A DNA stretch of 64,000 nt from Ptychomitrium polyphyllum (lineage: Eukaryota), in assembly GCA_973851085.1 (NCBI GenBank), contig OZ316775.1, forward strand, positions 9,672,001-9,736,000, given 5' to 3'. The notes beneath the pieces were generated by a model that saw nothing but the letters and a program-made list of their open reading frames with translations, had not been told where the DNA came from and did not search any database. Position numbers and translations under genes: made by a program. Below are positions 24,649 to 37,126 of the stretch, one piece after another (the stretch's first letter is position 1; the number at the start of each line of letters is the position of its first letter).

Positions 24649-25797
24649 TCAAGTGTAGGCACTGCTGCCCACTGATGGGCCGCCACGGCCATCAGTCTGC
24701 CAAGCAGAGTCTCCCTCTCGGGCCGTTTCGATAAGAACGTAGTAAACCTCAGTCATCACCATGGTGATGAAACTGAACGCAGCTGCGGCAGCAAACAAGC
24801 TCTTCCGCACTTGCCTGCATGTGAGAGGGGTCTGGGAGTCTCCAGGGTAAAAGAGGTCCTTGGTCTGTATTTTGTTTTGGCTTGCACCTGCAAGCAGAGC
24901 TGCCGAAGCTACTATGAAGGACATCCTGCACATACAAGATTTTTGTGTCAAAGCAAGCTGACGGGTAACTCACGTACGGTCACAACCTTTTGCTATCACT
25001 CTTCTGCTATAATGAGAGAACTGTAGTATTGTAGTTTACCATGAGAAGATGAAGAGAATGACGGCAAAGGTTCGGGCAGCGCCAGGCTTGTGGGGGGGTC
25101 CACAGCAGAGACAGCGGGTGACGCTCATCACAAACATCTGGGCAACGAACAGGAACAAGAACGCCCCTGCTGCCAAACCAGTTGCAATGTCGGTGGTGTA
25201 CTTGCACATTGTGGTGCCAATTTCTTCGTCGATGACCGTCAGATCGCTCTGCGCTCCTCGATTGAGCACAATCGCACAATCAGTCATTACGTACGTGAGT
25301 TGAGAGTCGAAAGTATAGCATTTATTCTTAGATCTCCAGAAATGAAGTAATGCTGTGTAAAACGCCTTAGCTACTGAAGCTCCCTAAAGGAATGTACTCT
25401 CACTAAATGCATTCATATATTGATCACTGTGTCAGGAAAACAGCCTCATTTGAAATGGTTTCGGAGAGAGAAGGTAGTAAGGTAAATTTAAGCAACAAAA
25501 TGCTTCAACACAAAAAGCAGGCATTGGCTTGAAAGGGTATGATTGTTTGTTAAGCGAGAGTGAGTACAGGTATCTACTTGACCAAGAAAATATCACCACG
25601 TAGGCAGCCTCCGAAGAAGCAAGTTATCACGATACCGCGATGCATATTGCGTGCGTTGGCTAAGAACTGATATAAAAAATGTGCTAGTGAACGGTACTAA
25701 CCTTGCTTCGCTTGGCCATTGCTCCCAGAGCGAGACCGAAAGCGATAAGATAAAACACGAGGCTGACGCCGATCACCAAGCTAGAAGCAGACCCCAT
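24649..25797 (-). CDS. DUF1218 family membrane protein (MWL/Fb34-like); exons 25797-25702, 25248-25040, 24925-24649
   Basis: LIAFGLALGAMAKRSK|...CKYTTDIATGLAAGAFLFL...TRCLCCG..HKPG.AR..AVILFIFSW|MSFIVASAALLAGA..N...TCRQVRKSLFAAAAAF. Both introns are GT-AG and in phase. Confidence 0.93.
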
Positions 25798-27349
25798 CTT
25801 GGTTCAAGTAAGAGGCTGCAAGCTCAAATAAAGCTTCTTCTTCTATCCCCTGTGCACTAGCTTCAGCACACATAAAGCTTAACATTAGATGATACACAAC
25901 CATGTTTCACGACTCGCTCGTGGAAATACTCCCTGCATATACACAACCACTGTAACTAATGTCCAGCCATGATGATGCATGCCATGGTTTAACCTTGCTG
26001 CCTTCCTCAACCCCTCAACCTCCCACTAAACCTTTGATGCCACTTCTAATCACATCTTCTTTCAAGGTAAGCTACAGCAACCTTCAAACCATTGCTGGTC
26101 CATTGACACAACCGAGCTTCATGAACAACCCTCATCACTCCAAGAAAGTACCAGTTCATTGCGCGAAATGCACGCATTTCTACTGGCATCAGAAGCCTAC
26201 TGAGCTGCAACTTGTCACGCTAGCTTGGCTACCTTACCGGCAAGAAACCGATTGAAGGCGCTCAAAGATCGTTAGAAATATACCAGCAGCAAGAAAGCGA
26301 GTGTGCGAGAGCTGTAGCAAGCGCTAACTGAGCAATGGCGATGAAAGAGCTCCCAACTTCCTTCCCACATGAAGAGAACTCCGACTTACTCACCTACGAT
26401 TTGAAATCGTTGGCAGTGTCATATCATGGTCTTACTTACACTTGACCCCATGGAGCAGTCTGCCCAGTGCCAGTACTGCACTTGGCCTGACGTAAAAGCT
26501 TTCAAAATTCTGTTTGTCATCACAGCCATCCTCCCTCATTCATACCTGTACCTGCAGCCTCTGTGGGAAGGAAGTCACCTCACACACTTCATCGCATTAT
26601 CACACGAACCGTCACTTACCGAGAACGAATCTGCATCAGGTAGACTCAAGCACCAGCCTTTCGGAGTCTGAGGATTGTACTCATCTCAGAAGTTCCAAGA
26701 TTTGAATTGGAAACTCACAGCTCCCAATATTGTAAGGGTCGGTTTTAGGTACCGGTATTACCTGGGAGAAAGACGTGAAGGTCCACCTCAGATTCAAGCA
26801 TCAAAAACAAATAAACGCTGTAAGTTTGATTGATCTCCAGCAGCTCTTTGGCAGCCAAAATGAAGATTAATGGAAGTTAAAGGTGGTTGGTTTAGGAAAT
26901 TTGATCTAATACTGTTATTTCCGGATCTTTCTGTTCAATTGATTAATCATTAATTCCAGGTGTTGCATAGGTAGTTCGAGCTTGTAGTGATTTAGGATCC
27001 ATGGACGGCGATGATAGGTTCTTGGCATGATTGGAGCCTGAATGGAGAACTCAGTTAGTGACACCAACATTGTCACTTCATGTGATAAGGCAAGAGGCCT
27101 GGGCCCTGGTCCCAATAATGTTTACAAATGTGGCCAATCCATCCAGCAGCTGCGTCAATAATGTCCTCTGTCATGACAGCTCAATCACCGAGACTTCAAA
27201 TTTAGTTCATTACCGATTGGGTATCTACTTCACACAGTACTGTCTGTGTGGTACACAGTACTGTCTGTTTGTCTCACAGTGTACCGGTACCATTTAGCCT
27301 TGAAGAAAGCATACAACTAGATGACACAACCTGATTTGCTACAAAACTA

Positions 27350-30300
27350 TCATAACACCATGATTGTACCAGGATGAAATGAGAAATGATGAAAGGACTT
27401 TTTGAAACATATTACATTAATTTTAATGAACCTATTTTTTGTACTAAAATCGTACATTTTTAACATTGTCACAAAAACCACCAACACTATTTTATACGTA
27501 ACAGTAATAATAATAATAATAAACATCACCCACAAGGTCCTACACAGCATGTGCATTCAAAAATTATTCAAAAAAAAGAAAATGGGAAATTTGGAAAACA
27601 TTGAAGGTAAAGAAACAAAAAAAATTAAAAATTAGTTTCAGGTCTTGTGCTATTTGAATTTACTTCAGAACATTTTTTAAAAACTTTAGGACTAAAGTAA
27701 AAACCATATAAAATAAATAAATCATTGATTTTAGAAATGAACCATATTATCTTCCAAGAAAAATGTAATTACTTATGGAGTAAGAACCTTGCTATAGAGC
27801 TAAAGTTAGAGAATTCTAGAAGACATTATACCTCACTTTTTTCATGAAAGTTTTCCAAATCATCATTGATTTTAAGGCTTTAAAAGCCATTGCCTTTATC
27901 ATTATTAAAAGCTTTAGTACTTTATAAAGTAGAAGTTATTAACCATATTCTTTGTTTGCACTTATCCTTTAAATTCTACATGGTTAAATGTGTTCATTTA
28001 ATGACATGTTTTTTAAATAACTTAAATCTCTAGCAAAATTAGCCAAAATTTAAAAGCGGGATCATATTCAAGAAAAGATACAATCTCTAATGCAAGTAAT
28101 TAATGTCAATTTTAATAAAAGCATTTGTTATTGTTTGACATAATTTTTATCTTCTTTTTCATTAATAGTGATATGTATGTTGAAAAGAGCAAATTTTAAT
28201 TTTGTTGACTTTGGTTTTCTTAACTTTGGTTCTTGAATTTGGAAATCAACCAAAATTTAATGAAAGTATAGCACAAAATTAATCAAATTGGAATACACAA
28301 TAAATTAGATTTATTATTCATTATACTTTTTTTACAATTTTTTATAAAAAATAATTGGTGTATATTTCAAACTCTTGGAGTTAAAAGGTCATAATGCATA
28401 CCAACAAAAGGAAGAAATGAAAATTAAAAAATAAATCAAATCCAATCTTTTTGATTTTTTTTTGTGCATATTTCAATCTTTCAAAAATACATCCAATATT
28501 TGAAACTTCTCACAATCAAAAACCAACATAAGTTTCAAAATGATTAGAACATTAGTATTATTAGATTTGTGTCAAAGACAATCTTTTTATTTTAAGAAGT
28601 AAATAATAAAGATTTTCCAAAACAACTTTTAATCTAAACCAAAATAATATTGGCATTTAAGAATATACTAGAAAACAAGATCAAATTTTAATTCATTGCT
28701 CATATCAATAATTCAATTGAAGATTTATTTTGAGTGGATACATAAAAATAAAAAAATTTAACAAATCTTAATGATGAAAGTCCATTTCATTAGCTTTATA
28801 CTTAAATTATTATAAATCTATTCAAAATTTGGTAACAATATATTTTTTAATTTTTAATGACTTGGAAATTTTAAGATAGTTCTTTTCACAACAAAATTGT
28901 ATTATATTGAAATTATTTAAAAGTAGCTTAAATATATTAAGATATATTATTATTTATTTATTTATAATGTAATTATATCACAATATAAATGTCAATTGTA
29001 TATTATATGAAAAGATATGAATGTGAACTTGATAAATATTTCAAACGTTTTGAAAATTCTATATATATAATATTTTTTCTTAATTATATTTAATATTAGC
29101 ATACAATCTTAATCTCTACGCATGTCTTTTTCCATAAGTAATATATTATTTTATATTTTATCAAAAAAACACTATAGAATATTATGTAATATTGTATGGT
29201 GCGTAAAAACATGATTCTTTTTAAAAAAAAAATACATACTATAAGTCTTGTATAAATCATAAGTATTATTTCTTGGACAAGTTTTATAATGTAGCTATTA
29301 TATATTTTATAAGTGAATTTATTTAAACTACCATCATTTTAATTGTCAAAATATAACAATTAAAAGATATTATATTGTGTAAATGACCATTGCATATTGT
29401 AACATATTGAGTTCCACAAAAAACCACATCAAGGATTCAAATGCCATGCATACATAAAGCATGACCAATACATTACTTCAAAATGATACCAGATCTCTAC
29501 TACTACAAGTTAAATTATTTTTCATGCTACAAAAAGATAATCAAAGAGTGCAATTGTATAAGAAGAAATTATAAAACTTTATTAAGTGATTACAATTACA
29601 TACAAGCAAAATATAACATGCATACTTATATCTATACAAATAAAAAAATTATTTGAAACTAAAATTATATAATTATATAATTAAAAATAATATGAAGAAG
29701 CATGCAAAAAAATTCTATGGAGTTAAAGTTATTTTCATATGGAGAAATATAAATAAACATATTGGTATCTTTTCAAATAATCCTTGTTTTTCCAAGATTG
29801 TCCAAATATATTCAAAAGACTTTGATAAACTTTACAATATTCATCAAATAATAAGTTCCATTCAAAAATTTTATTATTATGAAGTAGTTTTACTTAGAAA
29901 AAACATCTATATAAAAGCTTATTTACAACATTTTAATGCATATAATTTCTTATGTAGATATTTGGTTTTTTTTTCTTTGGAAGTTTTATTTAGTATTTTG
30001 TTTTTAAAATCTTAGTAAAATTAGTTTTACTAAGTATTTATGGATATTACAAAAACATGTTAATCAAGGAATTTATATGATCTAAAAGTTCAATATTCTT
30101 TCAGTAGACTAAATAAAATGAAAACATAATAATAATTGTACTCTAAACTTTTATTATAAAATTGATAATTAGATTAAAATTTATAAATTTAAATTTTACA
30201 TTTAAATTAAATTTTTAACATAATTTAATTAAATTTAATACAACATATCTCTATATTTCTTCTAAATTTATTATTTTAATTCTAATTTATTAAACACATT

Positions 30301-32410
30301 TATTAAATGTTTTTTTGAATTAAAATAATTAAATTATTGCTACATTTATATAAATACTTTAAAAAAAATTCAACTTTAATGTATGTCATATTAAAATGAA
30401 AATCTTCATATTAGTTAATGAAATTTTATAATATGTGCAAATTTTAACAATTGAAGTATTTATCTAATACCAAATAATAATTGAAGTATTAAAATGGTAA
30501 GGTTGTAACCTTAATAATGTTTTTGAGGCCTAAGATTAATTGTTGGAATCAATAGTTGCTAAAGGCCTTACTGATATTTATAATTTTATAGATTTCAAAA
30601 GATGGTAATATGTTATTTATACTGTTTTGTGTTGTACAATGCTTTGAAAATATTGCTTGCTTAATATATAGCATTTTTAGCATTTATGTCAAAAACCACA
30701 TGATGTTAAAAAACACATAAGAACAAGTATTTTTAGTAATAATTGTAAACATGTAAATACATTTTTATATACAAAAATATATTTAAAATTAAATCTAGTT
30801 ATAACAAAGGAATGATAAAATAAATAAAACTATATTTAAAAAATCTATTTAAATATTTTAATTATATAAACGTATATACGTATATATAACCTTGTAATAA
30901 ATTTTAAAAATTATTTGACAATCTACAGCAAAATGTAGCATTTTTTTCATATCACCTTGAATTTTAGGTGATATAAATTCTCATGAAATAATTATTACAA
31001 ATATAATGTGAATCTCTGAATTTTAAGTAATGTAATGTATTCTAAAAAATCAAATATTTTTAAAAATCTTGGATAATTTGCGTTGTTTTATTTTGAAAAA
31101 AACCTCATTGTTCACAAGTAATATATTTAAAATTTGATAAAAAATCATCTTTTCATTGTATAATATTAACCATGTGTATTTTTTGAAATGATTAATGTCA
31201 TTGAATTCAACATAGCATTAAACATTCTTCTTATTGTTAATTTTAACTTAAGTTTCTTTTAAACATGATTTAAACTTAAAAAAACTAAAATCTTTAAATA
31301 AAGCTTCAAAAATAGAACCATGTTGATTTAAATTTGAAAAACAACAATTCATTAAAAATTGTAAATTATTCTTCTTGCTTTAGTCAAAAGCTTGATTTCT
31401 TTTATTGAAAATAGAACCATTTCATTAGCCTGTAGATTACCATTTTGATTAAAGCTTTGTTTTCAAATATGCTTTCAAACCATTAATAAGAAAATATTTT
31501 TTCTAATTCTACAAACAACATTTCATCTTTTCTTCTTCTTACCTTGTTACAAAATTTTAAATGATAAATGAACAAAATTTTGAAATTATTCTAAGCAACA
31601 AAATTTTATGTACAACTTGAGTATGTATCATTTTCAAAAAATAATTGCAAGTGAAGCTTTTAATGCATTTGTTTTGCTAATCTATATTACATGGTCTTCA
31701 ATTATACCTTCTTTTAAGAAACATCATTCTTATATATAAATCTTTAAAGGATATTGATCAAATATCTTCTTAATATTGTTGTATACAATATTAGTAGCAA
31801 CAGTTCTTATTTAATTCTTCATTTTCTTCTTTACCTTTCAAAGCTTCAAATATAATGGAAATTTTTATAAAATATTTAAAAAAAATTGTGCTACAAATCA
31901 ATTGTTTCAATGAATATAATGGCTAGTTGCCAATGGTTAGACATGCAGACTACTACATCAACTTCACCTTACATTTGTTAAAAGAGGTCTTTGTAAATGG
32001 CACCTAAATAAGGTGTGTTTCAAATAATTAAGGAATAATCTTGCAAACATTACCAATTTCAATTGGGTTATTAATGCTGATAATGCACAAATCTTAAAGT
32101 GGATACCTTTCAATGAATCATGTATAACACATACATTAATCTAATATTTTTTTAGAGATTTACCAAAATTATGATTATATCATTTTTTAAAGGCAATATT
32201 TTAAACTTAAAAAAATTTATATGCTTTTGTATTATCTATAAAAAATACAATATTTTTTAACACCATGCATTTTATGTAAATTTTTATTAATTGGCTTTCA
32301 CAATATTATAATATAATATGTTGCCTATACCTTCTTGGATTGTTTTTGAATGGTATGCTTGGTCATATTTTGTCAATTGTAGTGTCTAATAGGAATTAAT
32401 CTTACAAATA
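27350..32410. other. ~5-kb extremely AT-rich gene-free block, probably decayed transposon sequence
   Basis: Near absence of CG dinucleotides, no credible ORF and abrupt compositional boundaries. No TE family could be assigned. Confidence 0.55.
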
Positions 32411-32869
32411 CTTCCACACTATTTCCCATAATCGATTCCCAAACGAGGTCTCAACGAAGCTCCCAACCGAGGTCTCCCTATCTTCACCATCCACCGCTAA
32501 TACGCTCCCGAGGTCCACAAATGTCCTTTCCAACTGGAACAGCAAGGGGGGAGGTTTTAGGGTTTTAGCACTCTCGCAACACCGAGCTCGCTCGCGCGCT
32601 CGCTGTGGACACTCCTTCCTCCCATCGCATTATCCACTACTCCCTCGCTTGATTCCTCTTGACGCTTCTCGCAGTTGCGCAACTTTTGACCGCCTTGGCG
32701 CCTCATTTGGTGCTCTATGCTACCCGTGGTGTTGAAACCTGTGGATTGCGGGGGAGCTCGATGTTTGCGGGCGTGATTTGGTCGAGGATGTCGGTTTGTT
32801 GAGTGTTGTGGATTGCGCTAGCTAGTGGTGAGAGGGGTTAGAGGTAGGAGGGTTTGGTGGCCCTCCAGG

Positions 32870-35800
32870 ATGAGTGTGCTCTGCCCCTCCGTCACTGCCC
32901 CCGCGTCGTTGTGGAGCTTCTGTGGGCACAGGCGGACCAGGAGTTTCAAACGGGGGAGCTCCTGGAATGAGGAAGCGAAGTGCGAGCTCAGGTGCACCGA
33001 CGAACGGCGAGTGAGCAATGGCGCAAGGCGTTTGTTGTGGGGTGGGAGCGGAAGGGATAGGTTGAGGTCGCAACGGAGGAATTTGGTTTCTCTGGGGTTG
33101 CCTCTGTGGCGGAGCAAGGCTTTTGGAGTTGGTGTGCTTGGGTTGTCAGGTCGCATTCGGTTGGAGAATCCAGTGAGATCCTCCTGCTCCTCGGGCTCCT
33201 CGGGCGAAGTTGATAAGAATGCAGCTCGGAGGTTGGATTCTCGGATGTCTAAAGACCGCTCCTCGTCTTCTTCGTCGAGTTTCAAAGGGTCTGAGTTCAG
33301 AGAATGTGAGTCTGTAGCGCATGTTGCCCACGAGCCGACGCGTTGTAGTGATAATTATGTGTTTGTAGCGAGTGTTGGGGACGTTGTGAGGACTATGGGG
33401 AAGGCATTGGCATTGGGGATGGTCGTTGCAGCAGTAGGGTTTGGGCCAAGAGTTCTCTCGGGAGTTGCCGTTGCAGCTCCCGCTGTTGCGGAAGAGGGCA
33501 CAGCTGAATTGGAAGAGGAGGAGGTGGAGGATAAGGGTATTGAGTTGAGCGAGGCTGAAGTTGAGGAGTTGGAAAAGCAGGATGAGCTGAATAAGCGTGA
33601 GAGAGAACGGCAGCTACGAGCTGTTCTTAGGATTGACCAGACGGTCGAAGAGGTTGAAGCTCTGGGAGAACAGGCTGAACGAGATCCTTCTAAGGAGGCG
33701 TTATTTCTTAAGAAACTGGGGGAGGCAGTGCGCGGGACGCATGCAGGTAGCCGTCAGTGGCAGGGACAGCGGATTGCGGAACTGAATTCTACAATCGAAC
33801 AGCTCAGGAAAGAGCGGGACGTCATGGCTGAGAGGGCCGAGACGATGGAGGAGGAGTATTTTTCTGCCAAGTCAAAGTTACAGAAGTTCGATGAGTCAGA
33901 TGATGGGGCCTATGAGCAAAGGGAGGTTCTAGAGTCATCAGTCAAGGATGCTGAGACGCTGTCCGGTGAGCTGTGGCAGAAGGTGTTGGGTTTGGAAACA
34001 GAGATGATGGAAAAGCAAATATGGGTTCAGAGTGCACTACTTGATGACCTTCCAAAAATTGAAGAGCAGGCTATGACCGAATTTGAAAGCGTGTACCAGC
34101 GGTGGCTTCAAAGGAAGCCTCAAAGGCAGTCTGGCAGTGGTATGGCTAAAGATGAAATATCAGAAACTGATGATGCCAATTTAGCTAGAGTTGTCAAAGA
34201 CTTGGAGGTGGCGGGTGAAACAAATGGAAAGGAAACACTGCTCCCCCTTGCCCTTGGGGTGGATGATGATTATGAGTTACCTAAAGTTGAAATTAATGCT
34301 GAGACACAAGAACTCATTGATAAGATTAAAAGGGAACAGGAAAGAGGAGTTGAATTGAGAACGCAGTACGAAAGCCTAGTCAGAAAACGATTGGATTTAG
34401 GCGAAGATGAGGACATTAGCCATGTGAGAAGTACGTTTGAGGATTCCACGGCGGATCGTACAGTAGATGATGTGGATACTTTTGAAATTGGGGAAGGCAG
34501 ACAAGATTTTGTACCCGATGTGGAGGAGGCCATGGGGTGGAGGGCCTGGCGGGACAAGAGCAAGGAAGAATTCGAGCAGTATTTACTAGACAACCCCGAG
34601 GAAGCCCGGGATTATGAGAAGCAGAAGCAGGCGGCGATCCTGGTTGCAAGAGACAGGGTAATGGCAGAGACCTGGTTCAATAAGAATGAAGGACGCTGGG
34701 AGATGTCTCCGATGGGGGCGTCTCATGCTGTCACGAGGAAACTGGTTGCCCAGGCTCGTATACGCCATGATCGGAAGTTCATGTATATGATGTTAAAGGG
34801 CGACGATCGTGAGTATCTTGTAGACATTCCAGCTATGGATGCAGAGCTTGCAGAAGCAGGGGGTTTTGATTCCTTGTATATAAAGATGACCGTTGAAGGA
34901 ATTCCATGCACTACTGAGTACATGTGGATACCACTTAAAGAATGGCCTGTTTGGGATCTCTTTCAGTTGCCCTTCAAGGTTGTATGGTGGGTTCTGGAGG
35001 ACATATGGAACTCGTCTTTGTTGACTTCTGTCAGACCCTATTATTTCAAGACATTGAGTGAAACTTTTGAGGAGATAATGATTCGGTTCGGGTTTCCTGT
35101 AATTCAGGCGGTGTTACCTCTTCGAGCGCGTGTTGCTCTGGGGTTTGACTTACCAGAAGGGGCTGAAGTGGCTGAGCCTACTGAAATCATGATGTGGCAA
35201 CAAGAAGCTCAAAGGAAAACCGATGGGCGTTACGGTGAAGGCACTGGCTCTCCCGCGTGGTGGATTTCACTTCCACTTCGTACTTACGTTGTAGGAATCC
35301 CCCTTTATTTCTTTGTGACTATTGTTGGGGGGATTTTGTTAGCGCCCTTTACTCCTCGGAAGCTGGCCATGAACGAAGCGCAGTGGAAGGAAAAGAAACA
35401 AGAACAGCTGGAAAAGGAGATTAACAGGGAGTCCAAGAAAGATGAGATAGACCCTATTAAAAATGTATTTGATAAGATGAAAAGAGTGAAGCATCCCCAG
35501 GTTAGGCTTCAAGACTTTGCAGGTATTGATGCGGTGAAAGAGGAAATCAACGAAGTCATTAGCTTCTTACGGAACCCTAAGGTATTCAAAGAAATGGGGG
35601 CTAGACCTCCAAGAGGGGTGCTTATCGTTGGTGGACCAGGAACAGGAAAAACGACACTAGCATTTGCCATTGCAGCTGAAGCGAAGGTGCCTATGGTTGA
35701 GCTTCAAGGTGCAGAGCTGGAAGGTGGAGCTTGGGTGGGCCAAGGAGCATCCAACGTGCGCGAGCTCTTCAAAACTGCTCGGGAGGTTTCTCCGTTGATT

Positions 35801-37126
35801 ATTTTCATGGATGACTTTGATCATTTTGCAGGGGTACGAGGAGCAACATCCGATACTAGAAAGCAGGATCACGAGTCACTCATCAATCAACTTCTTGTTG
35901 AACTTGATGGTTTCGAAACTCAGGAGGGAGTTGTCCTTATTGCAACCACTAGTCGGCCTTATGCTATTGATGAAGCTCTGCGAAGACCAGGCCGTATGGA
36001 CCGAACCATCCAGCTTCCAATGCCAAACGTAAATGAACGGGAGGAGATTTTGCGAAAGGTGGCTGCTGACACTATGGACCCAAAGCATGTGTGTTTTGTA
36101 GACTGGGCTGAGGTGGCAAACAAGACAGCTGGTCTTACACCTGCCCAGCTGAAGTGTGTGCCTCGAGCCCTGGAGGCAAACGCCGTTGGGTACAAGATTG
36201 TGGACGATGATGAAATTTCCAGCGTGGCTGGCTGGCTGGCAACTTTTAACCAGGTCATGCCCATGTGGTTCAGAAAGACAAAGCTGGTGGTGAAGTGGAA
36301 CGAAGATCTCATCAATTGGCTTGGTCTTCGATTATCAAAAGAGGATCTGGAAACTGCAGTGGAGACTATGGATGTATTTCACGAAACGCGACCTGGAGTT
36401 GAACTTGAAAGTCCTCCTGTTCTTTGGACACGAGAATACAAGTTCCCTCATGCAGTTTGGGCGGCTGGTCGAGCCTTGACTGCATTCCTCCTTCCTAATT
36501 TTGACACCCTGGATCAGGCATGGCTTGACCCAAGGTCTTGGGAGGGGATTGCTTTCACGAAGTTGACAAAGAATCTGGAAGCAGGGTACCAAGAAACAGG
36601 TACCATGACGCGGTCGTACTCTGAGAAGAGCCTGGTGTTGTGTTTTGGCCCTTATGTCGCTGGACGGCTGCTTCTTCCATTTGGGGAAAATAACAATTTA
36701 TCCAAAGGAGAGTTGGACAATGCCGAGGGGATTGCAGCTCAGATGGTGATGCAGTTTGGATGGGGTCCAGATGACAGCCCGCTTGTCTACGCCAAGCATG
36801 ATTCCCCAACCTCACTTGCCATGGGTGACAAGCACGAGTTTGAACTTGGAACTAAGATAATGAAGCTATACAACATAGCGGTTGAGAGGTGCGGCAAGAT
36901 GCTTCAAAGGAATCAACAAACACTGAGTGCTATCGTTGAACACTTGCTTCAATACGATTGTGTTACAACGAAGGATCTGGCAAGAATATGTGAAGAAACG
37001 GGTGCAATATTCGAGGAGGATCCTTTTGAGCTGGTACCATACTCACGTTTGGATATGTTGTCTGGGTCCACAAATGGGACGACCCGTGTAACAAAGACGT
37101 TGCCAGCTGGGGCTTCAGCCAATTAA
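32870..37126 (+). CDS. FTSHI5: Chloroplast FtsH-like AAA+ protein lacking the protease motif, FtsHi5/EMB2458 type; single exon
   Basis: Ser/Arg-rich transit-peptide-like N-terminus, long acidic coiled-coil region, TM segments, LQDFAGIDAVKEEINEV, Walker A GGPGTGKT, SRH IDEALRRPGRMDR. PHAVWAAGR replaces HExxH, as I recall for FtsHi5. The first in-frame ATG is at 32870. Confidence 0.92.
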   Translation: MSVLCPSVTAPASLWSFCGHRRTRSFKRGSSWNEEAKCELRCTDERRVSNGARRLLWGGSGRDRLRSQRRNLVSLGLPLWRSKAFGVGVLGLSGRIRLENPVRSSCSSGSSGEVDKNAARRLDSRMSKDRSSSSSSSFKGSEFRECESVAHVAHEPTRCSDNYVFVASVGDVVRTMGKALALGMVVAAVGFGPRVLSGVAVAAPAVAEEGTAELEEEEVEDKGIELSEAEVEELEKQDELNKRERERQLRAVLRIDQTVEEVEALGEQAERDPSKEALFLKKLGEAVRGTHAGSRQWQGQRIAELNSTIEQLRKERDVMAERAETMEEEYFSAKSKLQKFDESDDGAYEQREVLESSVKDAETLSGELWQKVLGLETEMMEKQIWVQSALLDDLPKIEEQAMTEFESVYQRWLQRKPQRQSGSGMAKDEISETDDANLARVVKDLEVAGETNGKETLLPLALGVDDDYELPKVEINAETQELIDKIKREQERGVELRTQYESLVRKRLDLGEDEDISHVRSTFEDSTADRTVDDVDTFEIGEGRQDFVPDVEEAMGWRAWRDKSKEEFEQYLLDNPEEARDYEKQKQAAILVARDRVMAETWFNKNEGRWEMSPMGASHAVTRKLVAQARIRHDRKFMYMMLKGDDREYLVDIPAMDAELAEAGGFDSLYIKMTVEGIPCTTEYMWIPLKEWPVWDLFQLPFKVVWWVLEDIWNSSLLTSVRPYYFKTLSETFEEIMIRFGFPVIQAVLPLRARVALGFDLPEGAEVAEPTEIMMWQQEAQRKTDGRYGEGTGSPAWWISLPLRTYVVGIPLYFFVTIVGGILLAPFTPRKLAMNEAQWKEKKQEQLEKEINRESKKDEIDPIKNVFDKMKRVKHPQVRLQDFAGIDAVKEEINEVISFLRNPKVFKEMGARPPRGVLIVGGPGTGKTTLAFAIAAEAKVPMVELQGAELEGGAWVGQGASNVRELFKTAREVSPLIIFMDDFDHFAGVRGATSDTRKQDHESLINQLLVELDGFETQEGVVLIATTSRPYAIDEALRRPGRMDRTIQLPMPNVNEREEILRKVAADTMDPKHVCFVDWAEVANKTAGLTPAQLKCVPRALEANAVGYKIVDDDEISSVAGWLATFNQVMPMWFRKTKLVVKWNEDLINWLGLRLSKEDLETAVETMDVFHETRPGVELESPPVLWTREYKFPHAVWAAGRALTAFLLPNFDTLDQAWLDPRSWEGIAFTKLTKNLEAGYQETGTMTRSYSEKSLVLCFGPYVAGRLLLPFGENNNLSKGELDNAEGIAAQMVMQFGWGPDDSPLVYAKHDSPTSLAMGDKHEFELGTKIMKLYNIAVERCGKMLQRNQQTLSAIVEHLLQYDCVTTKDLARICEETGAIFEEDPFELVPYSRLDMLSGSTNGTTRVTKTLPAGASAN

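Noticed and set aside
27231..27292. Palindromic ACAGTACTGT doublet and GTAC-rich cluster
   Set aside because: Too short to support a hairpin RNA or element, and a regulatory role cannot be inferred from sequence alone.
29653..30015. 120-aa ORF in the AT-rich block
   Set aside because: K/I/F/Y/N composition expected by chance from AT-rich DNA, non-ATG start and no recognisable motif.
32825..32869. GTG-initiated N-terminal extension of FtsHi5
   Set aside because: Eukaryotic gene; the first in-frame ATG at 32870 precedes a plausible transit peptide.
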